This document shows positions 11,300 to 24,025 of a stretch of DNA of 64,000 nt, piece after piece. Each line of letters opens with the position of its first letter. Position 1 is the first letter of the stretch. The position numbers and the translations under genes are program-made. The notes under the pieces are model-generated. The model was not told the origin of the DNA. It saw only the letters and a list, made by a program, of their open reading frames with translations, and made no database searches. Origin of the DNA: Macrostomum hystrix (taxonomy: Eukaryota; Animalia; Platyhelminthes); assembly GCA_950097015.1 (NCBI GenBank), contig CATNEN010000024.1, positions 372,001-436,000 on the forward strand, read 5' to 3'.

Positions 11300-11460
11300 T
11301 ACCAGCATCAGCTGGGGTAGAAATTCGTGACGGGTGTAAGTGGCGGCCTCCCCATTCCATGGACTGAACAGATGTATACAGCCTTTTGGAGGGCCGCGCA
11401 ATTGCTGCAGTTGTGCCACTGGCTGTACATCTAGCCCAACTGGGCTAGATGTAATTTATC
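11300..11460 (+). mobile_element. SINE family A, 3' fragment
   Basis: TACCAGCATCAGCTGGGG...TCCATGGACTGAACAG...GCGCAAT..CTGCAG is shared with full copies at 21148, 29162, 41091 and 46757. Confidence 0.8.
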
Positions 11461-11862
11461 TACATTTCTAGAAAAAATATAAGTACTTTGAAATCGTATC
11501 TTATACAAGGAATCATGTAAAATCACGAAAAATCATTCATAAAAAACTATATTTTCATAAAAAGCTTGTGTAATCAGAATTCAGAATCAAGATGATACGT
11601 TGCTAATAAAGAAAATAAATAAAATTTGTAGCTCGTAAAATTGTCATATTAGGAAGACTGGATTTTAATCATATTGCAAAAAATCAATTAGGACTTCATA
11701 TTAGGGTGTAAAATGAATAAAATGTCGCGAAAAATCACTGCACAATACTACTTAAACAACGATCTGTTTAATTGTCCAATCCAAACTCATTACACCTTAT
11801 AGTGTCTGGATTTCTTAGATACCATTTGAGGTGATATTTTCACATCTTTACTGCATCAAAAG

Positions 11863-14800
11863 CTACTGGGTCTCAATCGGAGGCAGTGTGACACTCCTGG
11901 CTTCTGGAGCGCCGTCAGCATTCTGCAGATCCAGCAGTTGCTGACGAAGCTGCCCGATGGTGGCCCGCTGCGACTCGACAGTGCGCTGAAACTCGTCGCC
12001 GCGCATCTCCTCCAGCGGATCTCGTCTAGAAGCGGCCTTCACCATGGCAACCAGGTGCTTGGCCTCGCTGTTGTCCTTCCGGCGCAGGCCGATGGCTACC
12101 TGGAGGGTGCGCGTCTCAGATCGGCTTCTGGCGAGCTCCTGGGTGAGCTCCCGCACCTGCTGAATCAGGCTCGTATTCTCCTGTACGTTTGAAAGGGCAG
12201 TGATTGTCGTTAATAATTAATAATTAAATTTTGCAGGAGGGCTGCGGGTTAATGGCCCATCATTTGGTGACACTAGACCCGCAGCCAGCGAGGAGGCACT
12301 TCTGCCCATTTCGCTGACTCCCGCACACAGATACTGTACTCAGGCACACACACAGGTGTGTACATCTGCCCTGACTTTCTCATCAGTGGTAGTGTACTAT
12401 AAATATTTCACAAGGACCACTAGTAGTTACTTGCGATTTCACAGTGCCTTAGATGTTGGCCAACAAGGGCGTAAATTTGCACGAAATGGCTAGTGAGAAA
12501 CAACTGTGTCCGAAAATTCCACTGATTCCTGAACATACGCACTCAAACACAGATACCGTATGAAGGCACACACTCGCACAGTAGTGTACAACTGCCCTGA
12601 ATTTTTTGTTGTCAGGCAGAGTACACTCTCACTTTGCTTTTGAGGACGAGAGTCCCCAAGTCTTCTCACTGCAGCTTCCCCACGATGTAGCTTCCCCCCA
12701 GGATTCGAGCTCACGGACCTTAGTGCAAGAGGCCGACGCCTTATTCGCTCTAACTGTCATCCCCTTAGTTCTAAACTAAAAAAAGGACAAAGCTATCTGG
12801 AGCCTGAATTATTCAAAATACGTTCGCATGTACCTGCATGATCCGGACGTACTGTTCTCTCTGCAGTTCACTTTGCTCCCTTAATTTTCGTTTCAACGCG
12901 GCCACAGTTGACTCCTGATGCCGACGCTGTCTAGAGAATTCGGTCTCAACTTCGCCCTTAATCTGCATCTCGGGTGGCTAAAACGCGGTGAAGAAAATAA
13001 GCAAGAAGAAATAAGGTCTGTAAATGACAGTGGTACGATTTGCTTTAATATGGTTTTATTATGGGGCATTTTTATAGTTTCTGGCCGACAAATCTCATTC
13101 CCTAGCTCACCACCCCGGCGTTGCCCACGTGACGTCGGTGCATGGCGATGACGCAGTCGCGCAGACGTTTCGGATCGTGCGCGAAGCTGGCGCAGGCGTG
13201 CAGATCAGCCGCCATCCTAGCCAGCGCTGTCTCTGTTCGGCGACGTCTGTCGCCTTCATCTGCCGCCGCTTTCTCGGCTGCGCGAACCCGGTCCGACAGG
13301 TCGTCAGCGGCCAGGCGAAGGCGAGCCTGATGACAAGTGTGTGATTATAATTTTTAGCCTTAGTAACGTCCTCTGTATTATTTTACATTCCAACAAGTTT
13401 CCAAATTTACTTTCGTGATCCCATCTGTCATACTTCGTAATTACCCTTAAGACTTTGCACTGGGACATAGTCAAATGGCAAGAAAACGTATTCTGTGCTT
13501 TTTTCCATTTAGATTTCTCACCTGTTCGGCCTCCTGGCGTCTCAGCTCTACGAGCATGTTCTCCCCTTGGGTGCGCAGGGTTCGAACATCGCATTCTCTC
13601 GGCTCCAGCTTAGCCCGGGTGTCGCTTAGCTGATGCTCCAAGACGAAGTTCGCGCTCTCGAGTCGGCGAGCCGTCTTTGCCGTCAGCTCAGCGCGCTGCT
13701 CCAGCTCGACTACGGCGGCACCGCGTTCGGCGAGCTCCTCGCGTAAGCCGGCCGCTTCGGATCGCGCGGCTGCCATGGCGCCGCGCACTCGGTCAAGATC
13801 AGCGCGAGCGCTGGCTAGCTCGGCTGCGCGCTGCTCGGCCAGCCGGTTAGCCAGTTGGCTGCGACTGCGGGCTTCGGCTAGTTCGTTTCGCGCCTTTGGA
13901 TGTTAAGACAATGTTTAAAAGATTTAGTCGAATATTTTTGTGAATTAGATTTGAAGGCTGATGAACAATGCAAATAATATTTCAAGAACCGCACCTTGGC
14001 CGCTGAGCTCCGTTCCAGCATCAGTCGACGCTCAGACGCCGTCTTGCCCGCCAGCAGCTCCGCATCGGCGTCCTCCTCCGTCATCCGAATTTTCTCGGCC
14101 GCTTTGGCCGCCTCCTCACTTCGGCGCGCTTCGGAAAGTTCGAGGCTTCGACGAAGTTCGGCCAGCTGAACCTCATAGTTGTCTGTCAGGCGCTCGGCGG
14201 CCAGATTAGCAGCGGCGGCTTCTTCGGCAAGGCGACGCTCATAATCGGTCTGCATTCGGTGGGACCTGTCCAGGGCGTCCTGAAGGTGCGGTCGAGAAAG
14301 TGATTCAATAGATTATCGTGATACAATTTACTTACATAAGTTGTGGCTCAAATTAGTCCAAGGGATAGTCTATTGCTCAAGATATTGCAAGTGAGTCTGG
14401 TTCTAATGGTAAAGCTACATGCATGCATATTCTACGAAATCAAGGTCAATGAAATTCGCTAGCAGTCTGAAATATTCTAAATATAGTCGATCCGACAATA
14501 ATACGAGCCTAATAATAAAAATATAATAATTGCAGGAGGGCTTCGGGCAATGGCAAATCATTTGGTGACACTAGACCCGCAGCCAGCAAGCCAGGAGGCA
14601 ATTCTGCCTATTTCGCTGACTCCTGAGCACACACGCACACAGATACTGTACGCAGGCGCACACTCCAACAGGTGTGTTATCTGCCCTGACTTTCTCATCA
14701 TCAGGCATTGCGCACACTCACTGTGCCTTGTAGGTTGGCCATAAAGGGCGTAAATTGCACGACAAGCCCCCAAGCCTTCTCTCCCCGGGTGCGCCTCATA

Positions 14801-17800
14801 AATGTGACCTAACCGCAGAATCGAGCTCGTTAACCTCTCTGCGACTGATCCCCTCGATTCGACAGTAGCTCGTATAGTAGATTCCCGCAGCTAACCTGCA
14901 GCTTTTCGTACTCTCGCATTAATCGCATCTCGGCAACAGCGCCAGCTTCCTCCAGGCTTCGCTCCGCTTCAGCACGCGTCTCAGCCAGCTCCGCCGTAAG
15001 GGTGGCCTCGATGCGCTCTAGCTCTGCGCGTATCGTTGCCTGCCTGACGGAGGCTTCACCTTCACGTCGCTCCAACTCGGCCTGCAGGTTGCGCAGCTCC
15101 TCGTTGTGCGCGGCTTGCTGAAGGCGAATCTCGTGAGCGGCCGAGATTTTTATCTCCTCGGCTCTGGCGCGCTGCTCTTCGGCTCTGGTGCGCAGCTCCT
15201 CCAGCTCGGGCAGCGGCATAAGTACCTCATCCGACCAGGCCAGCCGATCGCGTCTCGGACGCAGAGCCGTCGTCGGTCGCCAGACCAGCATGCTGGCGTC
15301 TTCGCCTACTGTGGCTATGACGTCTTCGCTGAGTGTTAGGCGCAGGCGCACTGTAGATCACGGGGAACGATTATTAATTCTCTTAAATTGTATACTAATA
15401 GCTTTGATTGAAAGCTGTAAGCAAGACGCAACCGCAACATATTTTACCAGCAGACCCGGCGTGTCCGGGCCATTCGAGCCAACTGGGCGCACCGGCCTTG
15501 GCGCCCAACGGTAGCGGCAGCGAGCGAAGCCGTCCAGCCGAGGTGGCCGCGAATAGCGCTCGTCCGCTGGCCGCGACGGCCACAGAGGTGAACACGGCTT
15601 CGTCTTCGTTGGCACCGGCTGCTGAGCGTCTGACAACTTCACCATTTGGAGCGATTTCACGCAGCCCAGCGGAGGCGGCGTCAGTGCCAGCTGCGAAGAT
15701 GTTGCTACCTTCTGGAGCGTCGGCAGCCGCTGGGCCGCCCTGCAATGCTAGGCCAGTGTAGGCGCAGGTCTTTGTCACGTGCTCCCAGACGCGGGCACTG
15801 TTTGTGCCACCAGCCAGGCTCCATTCATAGACTGCGCCCTCCTGGCCGCCGGTGATGAGGCCGACATCGCCGTGGCGCCAGGCAATGCAGCGGACGCGGC
15901 CGCTGTGACCTTTCAGCGTGGCCACGCACTGGTACGTGAGCGTGTGGAACACCTGCACAGTGTTGCCATGCGCCGCGGCCAGCAGGTGACCACCGTGGCT
16001 AAATGTGCACTGCGGACCGTTGAATATAAAATGATACAAAATAACCCAAAAGGACACATCTCCATATAAATTTGAATACTGCTACTTTCGAGGTTGTAAC
16101 CTTAAACTCAATCTATCAAAAAAAGATTCTTGTGAGGGAAAACGATTTTCACGCAGTTTTTATCTCCATAAATTTTCGCACCTCTTTGCAGCCGCGAATT
16201 TGAAATTCCTTCACAATGCGCAGTCCATTATCTAAGAGATTTATAAGTCGAAGCTTGTCGGCGAAGCCTACGGCAATCTGGTGACCATTGGGATGCATGG
16301 CTACGCTGAAGGCTTCGTCTGGGAATCGTCGGCGCGTTGTACAGCGACTGTGTGTGATTGGTTAAGAGTGATTTCAACTGGTCATCGGTTGATCGGTTAA
16401 ACAGAGAGATTAGGTTGAACTGATTTCTGCTTCATCTCTCAACTTCTCACCCAGTTTCGTAGTTCCATACTCGCACTGAGCAGTCGGTCGAACAGGTGGC
16501 AACAAGCGGCTTCTGCAGACAAACGTCCAAACCAGTGATTGGACCATTGTGGCACGGGTCGGTCAGCGGTTCGAATTCGTCTGTCCGATCCTTGTAATTG
16601 TATTAAAAATGTTGTTGAAGCCACTGAACTATAATTTTTTCGAATCATGAAAAGCTTACCTGGTCGGGCAGAGGCGACACCAAGCTAAAAGTCCAAATCT
16701 GTCGCCGATTGGTGAGCACTGCCAGGGTGTCGTCGCCCGGACTTACGCAAATTTCTATGATGGCCACGGGCTCGGTGTCCGGCTCGTCTGAGCTCGCCTC
16801 GTCTGGAATCTGTGCTCCCATTAAATAATTTATAGTTAAAACCTACTCCTAAACGTCTGGCAATTGGTGGATTGGTTTAATAATTTTGTGACGGCAAATT
16901 GCGCTTACAACAGCTGGTTATTTACCGAGATTTCCCTGGACTTGACGTAGGCCTCAGGCCCGGCTCCGTCAACTCGTTCATAGAGCGATACACTGGCCGA
17001 GCCGTCAAGTGACACAGCAAAGCCACGGGAGCAGAGCTGAAGGCAGCGGACGCCGCGACTGCCGGTGGTGCTGCTGTCGCTTCGTCGAAGCAGGTCAAGT
17101 TCCGCACGTTTTTCGGAACCTTCTAGAACGATGACGCGACCGGTCTCCGTGCCCAGCGCCAGGCCGGACTCGGCGAGCCAGCAGTGCCGGCTGGCAGCGC
17201 CCGACGCTGCAGCGTCTAGCCGGATGTTTGGTACTCCGCCGGCGCCAGCCGTGGCGGCGGCTGGCCGAAGCTGGCCGTCAGCGTAGCGCAGAACCCGGAG
17301 GCCACCAGCGTGGCCAGTAAGAGAGACCAGACTCGGATCTATCGGACTGAACGATACCTTAGAGGTGATGAATACAATTTATTGGCTCTCATATTAACGT
17401 GCACATTTAAGCGAGTCATGAACCAGCAAAATCAAGCGATGCAAAGCTGGCAAACCTGGCTGAAGACCACACCACCAGAGGGTGAGTAGCAGGCCAGGAG
17501 TCTGCTGTTCGACCACTGCCAATAGGCCAACTGGCAGCCGTTGGGCCAAATTAGCAGGCCCGCCACGTACTTGGCGTCGTGCGAAAACGACAGGCAGGCA
17601 TATTCGACGCCAGGAACAATCTGTTGGTCGCCCGAGCCTCCAGTAACATGTCGCTTGACGCGACCACTTTGCAGATCTACGATACTGATTGTAGCGCGTT
17701 CGGTAATGGCTACAGCACTCTCTGCCACCGCGACAAATCGTCGATTCGGCGACACAGAAATCGCTGTAACATTGGCTTGGCCTTGTTTCCCAAGCGGAAG

Positions 17801-18067
17801 GAATCTCTGCTGGCGCTGCTGCTGAAGTTGCTTCTGTTGTTCTTGATGCAGTTCGAACTGCTGATCCATGCTGCGCAGCACCAGGTAGTTGCCACACGGG
17901 TAAGCAAGGACATGCTCGTCGACAAACTGAAGTCCATCGGCTACGCCGCTTCGAACTCCAATAGCGAGGCTCAGTTCAACAATTGCTGCAGGAGCTGTCA
18001 CAGCTTCCACGTGCTGCCGGCTAGGCTGACTTGCCCGAGTGTCATTGACGTCAGTAACTTCAGACAT
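11863..18067 (-). CDS. CFAP57: Cilia- and flagella-associated protein 57 (WDR65), 12 exons, ~1262 aa
   Basis: Exons: 18067-17456, 17357-16926, 16809-16660, 16590-16451, 16347-16182, 16009-15448, 15350-14896, 14279-13995, 13877-13522, 13326-13111, 12930-12834, 12180-11863. All introns are GT-AG and the sum is 3789 nt (in frame). Matches recalled CFAP57 motifs [56 protein letters not shown]. Confidence 0.92.
12236..12770 (-). mobile_element. SINE family B (one or two partial copies) in the last CFAP57 intron
   Basis: Shares CTGCCCTGACTTTCTCATCA and CACAGATACTGTAC blocks with 14530-14790 and, as reverse complement, with 60385-60680. tRNA-like head with B-box-like GAGCTCGAATCC on the minus strand at ~12695-12770. 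Confidence 0.7.
14530..14790 (-). mobile_element. SINE family B copy in a CFAP57 intron
   Basis: Aligns by eye with 12236-12480 and with the reverse complement of 60480-60680; (ATT)-rich tail. Confidence 0.75.
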
Positions 18068-19540
18068 TTGGGCTGAATTGGAAATGGAATGTTCTTTAAA
18101 TGTTATAATTGCAATACTTTAAAAAAGAGTTATAATACTTGCTTGAAAAATATCCTGGTTAGCTACAGTATTCGCCGCTAGAAATAACAAGCAATAATTA
18201 AATAAATTAACCTTAGGTCGCGTTCGGTTTTTGTACAATTAATGAAACAAAGTTCGCATAATTAACATGAGAAGGCTATCTAATCGAAAAGTTGCAAACA
18301 AAAAATACATTTAGGTCTAATTATGTTAAAACGCCTTTAATATGTTTTTGGTAGTCGGCTTCAGTCGTATTGTCAGCGCGTGATACGAAAGGAAAACTTG
18401 AGTAAATGTACATGACGGATCGAAAGAGGTCTAAAAATACTTGACAAAGGAACAGAATTATGCCACGAAATATGAATAGAGTGTTTTTCGTCTGAGTTGA
18501 AACACAAAATGGTGCAGATTTCTGAAAATCGAATGTTGACTCCTACAACCTCAGACAAGCTAATGGTAACAACTGATAAGAGTTCATCTGAAGAGATGCT
18601 TTCTCTTAGCTTATTCATCCTAATAAATAACTCGAGATAATGGTGAATAAGGCCCTACAAATAGTCTGTTGACTATAATATGCTATATGTCTTCTATGTT
18701 TGTTATATTTAACCGGTGTTAAACGACTCGATAAACCAGAGATTAAAACGGCTTTATGAATCCTCACCGCTTCATTCAGCAAATTTAGCTATAAATGCAT
18801 ATAAAGTTTGTAACTTCGATTTGTCTTGTAAACAGAAATGGAAGAGACAAGACAATATGGTTCTTGCTCTAGACCTATGTAGGTAACATTAAAATGCGTC
18901 CAAACGAATGTGCCAATACACATTTGCAATCGCTTTGTATTAATTTTATATATTAGCTAGGCTTAATAATTAGCACTAATAATTGAATTTGATCTATTTT
19001 GTATATATTTTATTTGTACGAACCCTTACTATAGAGTACAGTTATATATAGTTATGTAGATAAAGCTACTTTCATTCTTATTTAAGTTGACTAATTTATT
19101 TAGCAAGGATGCCAAGGCTAAATATTGGAATATTTTAATGTGTATTCAACGATCTTCTCATTTTCTTCTGCTATTGATCAGATTATGAAACTAAAAACAT
19201 TGCCTTAGCTAATCAGCTAATGGCGTTTTCTTCAAAGTGATATTTTTACGATGCTGTTCATTTTATTGGTTACGTACAATATAGGCCTATTGTTAGGATT
19301 ATTGTCTTATGGGCTATAGAATGACCCTAGAGATTAACAGTGACTTTTTAGGTTTTCTAGTCTTGTACATTAGGCAGCTACTACAGAGGCTTGGGCTTTC
19401 CTCACAAATCATGTGAACCTATCTTCATTGATTTGATTCTTCTCTGTGCACCCTGTTATTCAGTGCAAATTCAAATCACTTCATTTCTATACTCTTATTA
19501 TCTAGAAACTATTATTAAGGAAATGTAGCTTAAACTTCTG

Positions 19541-20567
19541 GGCGATTGTGCAGCAGTGGCGTATCCAAGGGGGGGGATGGGGGGGATACATCCCCCCCTG
19601 AAGGGCTGAAGAAAAAAAATTTAGGTAATGAATTTTTTACACTTTTGCTTATTTTATCAGTGACTGGAGTGACGGGAGCCTGCCTGCCAAGTGCCACTGC
19701 CAGTAAATGTACGAGCAGATTACAGAATAGTGAGAATACAGATGGCATAATGAGATTTGAAAAGACCCTTGCCCTTCATTTAGAGTTAAGTTCCTCAACT
19801 CTAAGTTCCTTGCCGGGGGGAGGGGGCAAGGGGGACGGGCGGGGGGAGGGTTGAAGGAAGGAAGCTAGCTATTTTTCAATTCCTGCCCTGTCTTATAGAT
19901 TATATGTAATTATGTGATTAGCTAATTAACTGGAATAGAATGCATAGCTGGTTGACTTTTTACACGCTCAATAAAATAAACAATGATTGATGTTGATGTC
20001 TCATCCTTAGTAGCAACATTTAATTGAGTTAAACTTGGAGAGGTCCGGTCCTCATCAATTTTGTTTTATACGAGTACAATAGGGATAAAAGAAAAACGAA
20101 AATAGAGTGCAATCGTTTTCAAAAGTACTTTTGCATCCCCCCCGAAACAAAATCCTGGTTACGCGCCTGTTGTGCAGTTTCCCACTCTAAATTATTTTCA
20201 CCCTTTTTTCAAACTTTCCAAATATTAAACAAGTGTAACAATGCAAGTTAGTAACTTCAAAGCAAGTTCAAGTTCACGTCCGCACGTTTGCACTACACAG
20301 GGTAGTAGTGCATTATCCAGTAGAGGATATTGCCAAACTGGTGTTTGGGGAAGGCTCAGTGCCACATAAACTCCTGCAGGTACATTTCGAATAAACTGTC
20401 ATAGGTTCCATGCATGGCTCAATACTTTGCCTTGCAATTTCCCCACATTCCCTTGATGGTATTTGTGTGAGCCGCTTGGTTGTTGGGGTCCCCCAGCCAT
20501 ACTAGCAGTAGCTGAAAAGTTCGAAAAAGGATGAAAATAATTTAGAGCGGGAAACTGCACAATCGCC
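19541..20567 (-). mobile_element. Merlin (IS1016-like) DNA transposon, internally deleted, interrupted by a hAT MITE
   Basis: TIR GGCGATTGTGCAGTTTCCC(A/G)CTCTAAATTATTTTCA(C/T)CCTTTTT at both ends (left copy split by the hAT insertion). Perfect 8-bp TSD AACTTCTG at 19533-19540 and 20568-20575. Transposase C-terminal remnant on the minus strand at 20490-20293: DPNNQAAHTNTIKGMWGNCKAKY*AMHG...YLQEFMWH*. Confidence 0.88.
19554..20169. mobile_element. hAT-type non-autonomous element (MITE)
   Basis: Imperfect TIRs CAGTGGCGTATCCA / CAGGCGCGTAACCA. Perfect 8-bp TSD TTGTGCAG at 19546-19553 and 20170-20177. No transposase. Confidence 0.88.
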
Positions 20568-21147
20568 AACTTCTGAACTACAGATTTCATAGTTTAATTA
20601 TTGCAATTATTGTTTTTGTTTAAAAGCAATAATTTACTAAACTTTAAGAAGCATTTTAGAGATATTTGTCTAGCTTAACTTTTTTTCCATTTATTCTTTG
20701 AATTTTACTTTGTACAATAGTAATACATGTATTGTAGAAAATCAGTATGTTAAGGATGTATTAAAAATAAACATGCAAAGAACCTGTTTAGACTTAGGAC
20801 TTTTTTATGTTTCGTTTGTCACAGGACTTTAAATTACAAAACTATAAAGATTTTCACAGCTTTAAAACATTGTCTGGGTATTATATATTTCATATATTCC
20901 TATTAGCTTTATTAGAAAATAGATTATTATTAATCACAACAGGTTGTTAAATGAACAAGACATTTTTTAATAGAACAAAATAAGGCTCAGCTTATCACTT
21001 AGTCATGTAGTTATTAGATTTATTGTTCTATATTTAGGTAAACAAAAAATGGCAGGCTAAGAAGAATTGGAAAAGTTGATTCTAATTTTTTATAAAATCT
21101 TTATTCAGCCAGAGATTGTTGGCTTAAGAGGCTGTAGCCTAGTAAGA

Positions 21148-21440
21148 GGTTGTAGCCTAGTGGTTAGGGCATTGGACTCACAACTTGAATATCAGGGGTT
21201 CGATTCCCAACTTCACTGGAACAATTTGTGCCCTTTAGCAAGACACTTAACTCTGCATTGCTTCAGTTCACCTAGCTGTTAAATGGGTACCAGCATTAGC
21301 TGGATAATTGAAGGTGGGTGTGTCGTCCCCCCAGTCCATGGACTGAACAGCTGTATGCAGCCTTCAGATGTGTGTCGCGCAATAGCTGCAACTGTGCTGT
21401 CGGCTGCACATCTGACCCAATAAGGCAAGTGTAATCAATT
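21148..21440 (+). mobile_element. tRNA-derived SINE family A (CORE-like), full copy
   Basis: A box TAGCCTAGTGG, B box GGTTCGATTCC, central TTAGCAAGACACTTAACTC...CTGTTAAATGGG, AT-rich tail. The 5' 18 bp are locally duplicated (21126-21161). Confidence 0.85.
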
Positions 21441-21673
21441 GAATTAATTCAATTACTCAGCCAATTCTAGTCAAAGTATATATTTTTCTGTCTCAAAGAT
21501 ATAAGAATAAAGATATATATATATATATATGCATTCAATGCATATATAGAGATCTAATGGGATGCTTGACCAATTAGCTTGAGTCATAAGTTAAGTGCAA
21601 CCATTATCTTAGCTGTGATCATCTTTATTTTACAAAATTTGCACTTCAGGCTCTGCAGTCTGGTAGGCGGCTA

Positions 21674-23093
21674 TTGTTGCCGTTGCTATGCCAACGCGTC
21701 TATTCCTCTAGCAGCAGCGGCGCCGGCATCGGCAGCCTATTTAAAGGCTTTAGACAGAGGCCGCATCGCAATCCCCGCGTTGTTCCCCATCCGAAGGTGA
21801 AAGCATTTAAAGTGCGCGAATGGCACAAGCGCGACCCGGACGCTGTGGCCATCTATGAGGCCCGATCTGCGCACTACGAGATGCAGCTGAATGCCCTCCA
21901 GCAGGCATTCTATTATGAGATGCACGGCCGCCTACTGCAGCCTGGTGAACTGGTGCGTGTATTTCATTCATAGAAGAAGGTTTTGTGTATGGATAGAGGC
22001 TAGAAACAATACCAGACCGAGTTGGTTCACATTAACAGCCAGTTACAGAAAAAACAGCAAAATTCTTAATATGAAGTACGATAGAACCGGAATGACTTGT
22101 CCTATTAAGAGTAGGTCTACCATGCCATTTTGCCGCCTGTTTTTATACCAAGGGGAGACTTACCCTCCCCCATGAAATTTCTTTGTAGCGTTGGTGACTG
22201 ATTGGTTAGCAGGCGAGGCGAGGGTGTCCTGTGGTTGAGCTGCGCCTAATATTTAGGCTTGAGCTGTAGAATTGTAGAAATTCGCGTCAGAATGTCCATA
22301 GTGGCCTAGTTCCACCTGTTGTAGCCGTTGAAGGTCCAGCAGTCCGTCTAGATAAAGGTAGGTGACCACCGAAGACGGAGATGATGCAGGCACATTCTGG
22401 TGACATGCTGATAAATATTGAAAGCCTTGGCAAGGCCGCACTGAGGCGCAGTGCAAATTCGTGGATAGGGGTGTATGAAGTACACTAGCGCTTATAAGAA
22501 AAATCTGACCTTCGGCCAGAAACATTGAATATCTCGACGATCTGAAGAGCTAGCGACTTGATAATTGTTAGTATTCGATAGAACTGAATGTATTCATCCT
22601 GTATTTGTTTTCTTTCTATCGTGCTATTTGTAAAAAACAGGCGTCAGCCGGGCTGCACCAGCTGGGCAGCAAGGAGGAAGAACTGGCCGACAGCGCTGAG
22701 ACCAGGCGTCAGGCCGATGAAGCTGAAAAAATCAACGCCCAATGGAACGTGAAGAGTGCCGAGCATAGATTAGTTGAAATGCGGCGCCAGCTAGAGGAGT
22801 TGCGCAATCAGCGCGATCGGCACCAGCTGGACAGCGAGCTGGCCGACGAGACCGCCGTGCTCAGCTTTCAAGCCAGACTAAAACGCGACCTAGAACAATC
22901 TGGCGATTTCATCGACGAGAATAATCTAGACGCCAAGATTGAGGCCATACTGGATTCGCCTGTGGTGGCCGATTTTAACTTTGCCATCGATCCGGCTGGT
23001 AATATTATTCACGGAGTTGGCGCCTCTCCCGGCACTATAATGCCCGAGCCGCCGGCTCCTCCTGTCCCAGATGAACTATCTGTTAGGGTCTGA
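21674..23093 (+). CDS. MRPS26: Mitochondrial ribosomal protein S26 (mS26)
   Basis: Exons 21674-21952 and 22641-23093 (phase 0). Basic presequence; RNPRVVPHPKVKAF; YEMQLNALQQAF; FIDENNLDAKIEAILD...NFAID...G. Confidence 0.8.
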
Positions 23094-23554
23094 TAGCAGC
23101 ATTTTTTGCTTTAATATTCGTCAAGTTTCTCCTACGCACAACTGTCATTAACTCCCAGTCAGTGAGTGAGTAGTTAGTAAATTACGATCTAGTTTTTTTT
23201 CGCTGGCAATTTACAAGCAGTCTGTTCACTATTTGCTACCCAGTGTTATAAATCATTTTCGAGAGAAATGCGAAATTCATTCATTTACGAGCTGGTTTCT
23301 ATTGTGAATATTTGAGTTTGTCGTTATTTATATAAAAATGCCTTCTAGCTTAAATACACGATTTGCTTAAGGCATTGAGGCGAATGGGCCAAGAAAGTAG
23401 TGCAAAAAGTCAGTCGGTTTTTGTACAAAGCATCGTTGAATATTTTTTACTCTAATATTATCTGTACTATTGTTCTACATTCTGCAATATTTATTTAATT
23501 ATAAGTTTCAGACATTAGAAATGTAGATTTTAAAGAAAAAAAAATACGTTCTCA

Positions 23555-23830
23555 TGCACTGTACACATGCTTCTAACCAACCCCACTTCCAATGTACACG
23601 TGCTTCTAGCCAACTCGTGCCCAATGTACACTTGCGTCCAACCAACCTCACTCCCAATGTACACTTACGTCCAACCAACCTCACTCCCAATGTACACTTA
23701 CGTCCAACCAACCTCACTCCCAATGTACACTTACGTCCAACCAACCTCATTCCTCACTTCTAACCAACCCAACCCGAATGTACACACAGTCTTGGCCAAC
23801 CGCACATAGACATATATGCATAAACTCACA
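23555..23830. repeat. 33-bp minisatellite upstream of PMPCA exon 1
   Basis: CCAACCAACCTCACTCCCAATGTACACTTACGT units; the reverse-complement array is at 24523-24695. Confidence 0.9.
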
Positions 23831-24025
23831 GCATAAATCTGACTGAATGTACAACCATCCGACCAACCTCACCTTCCAAGCACTAACAATCCCATGGTGC
23901 CTTAGCTCCTAACCAACTGAACTCTTAATGAGCTTAATGGACTCTTTTAATCTTCTAACTACTCTAAATCTATACATTTGAATGGTCACTATGTACTTTC
24001 AGCAGCCGGAACAACAGCTGGCAGC

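Noticed and set aside
18068-18400. RFX X-box upstream of ciliary gene CFAP57
   Set aside because: Expected from ciliary gene biology, but no convincing GTTNCCATGGNAAC-like match was found by eye.
21148-21230. tRNA genes at SINE heads (also 12695-12770, 29162, 41091, 46757, 60390)
   Set aside because: A and B boxes are present, but acceptor stems and cloverleafs are incomplete and each continues into a shared SINE body.
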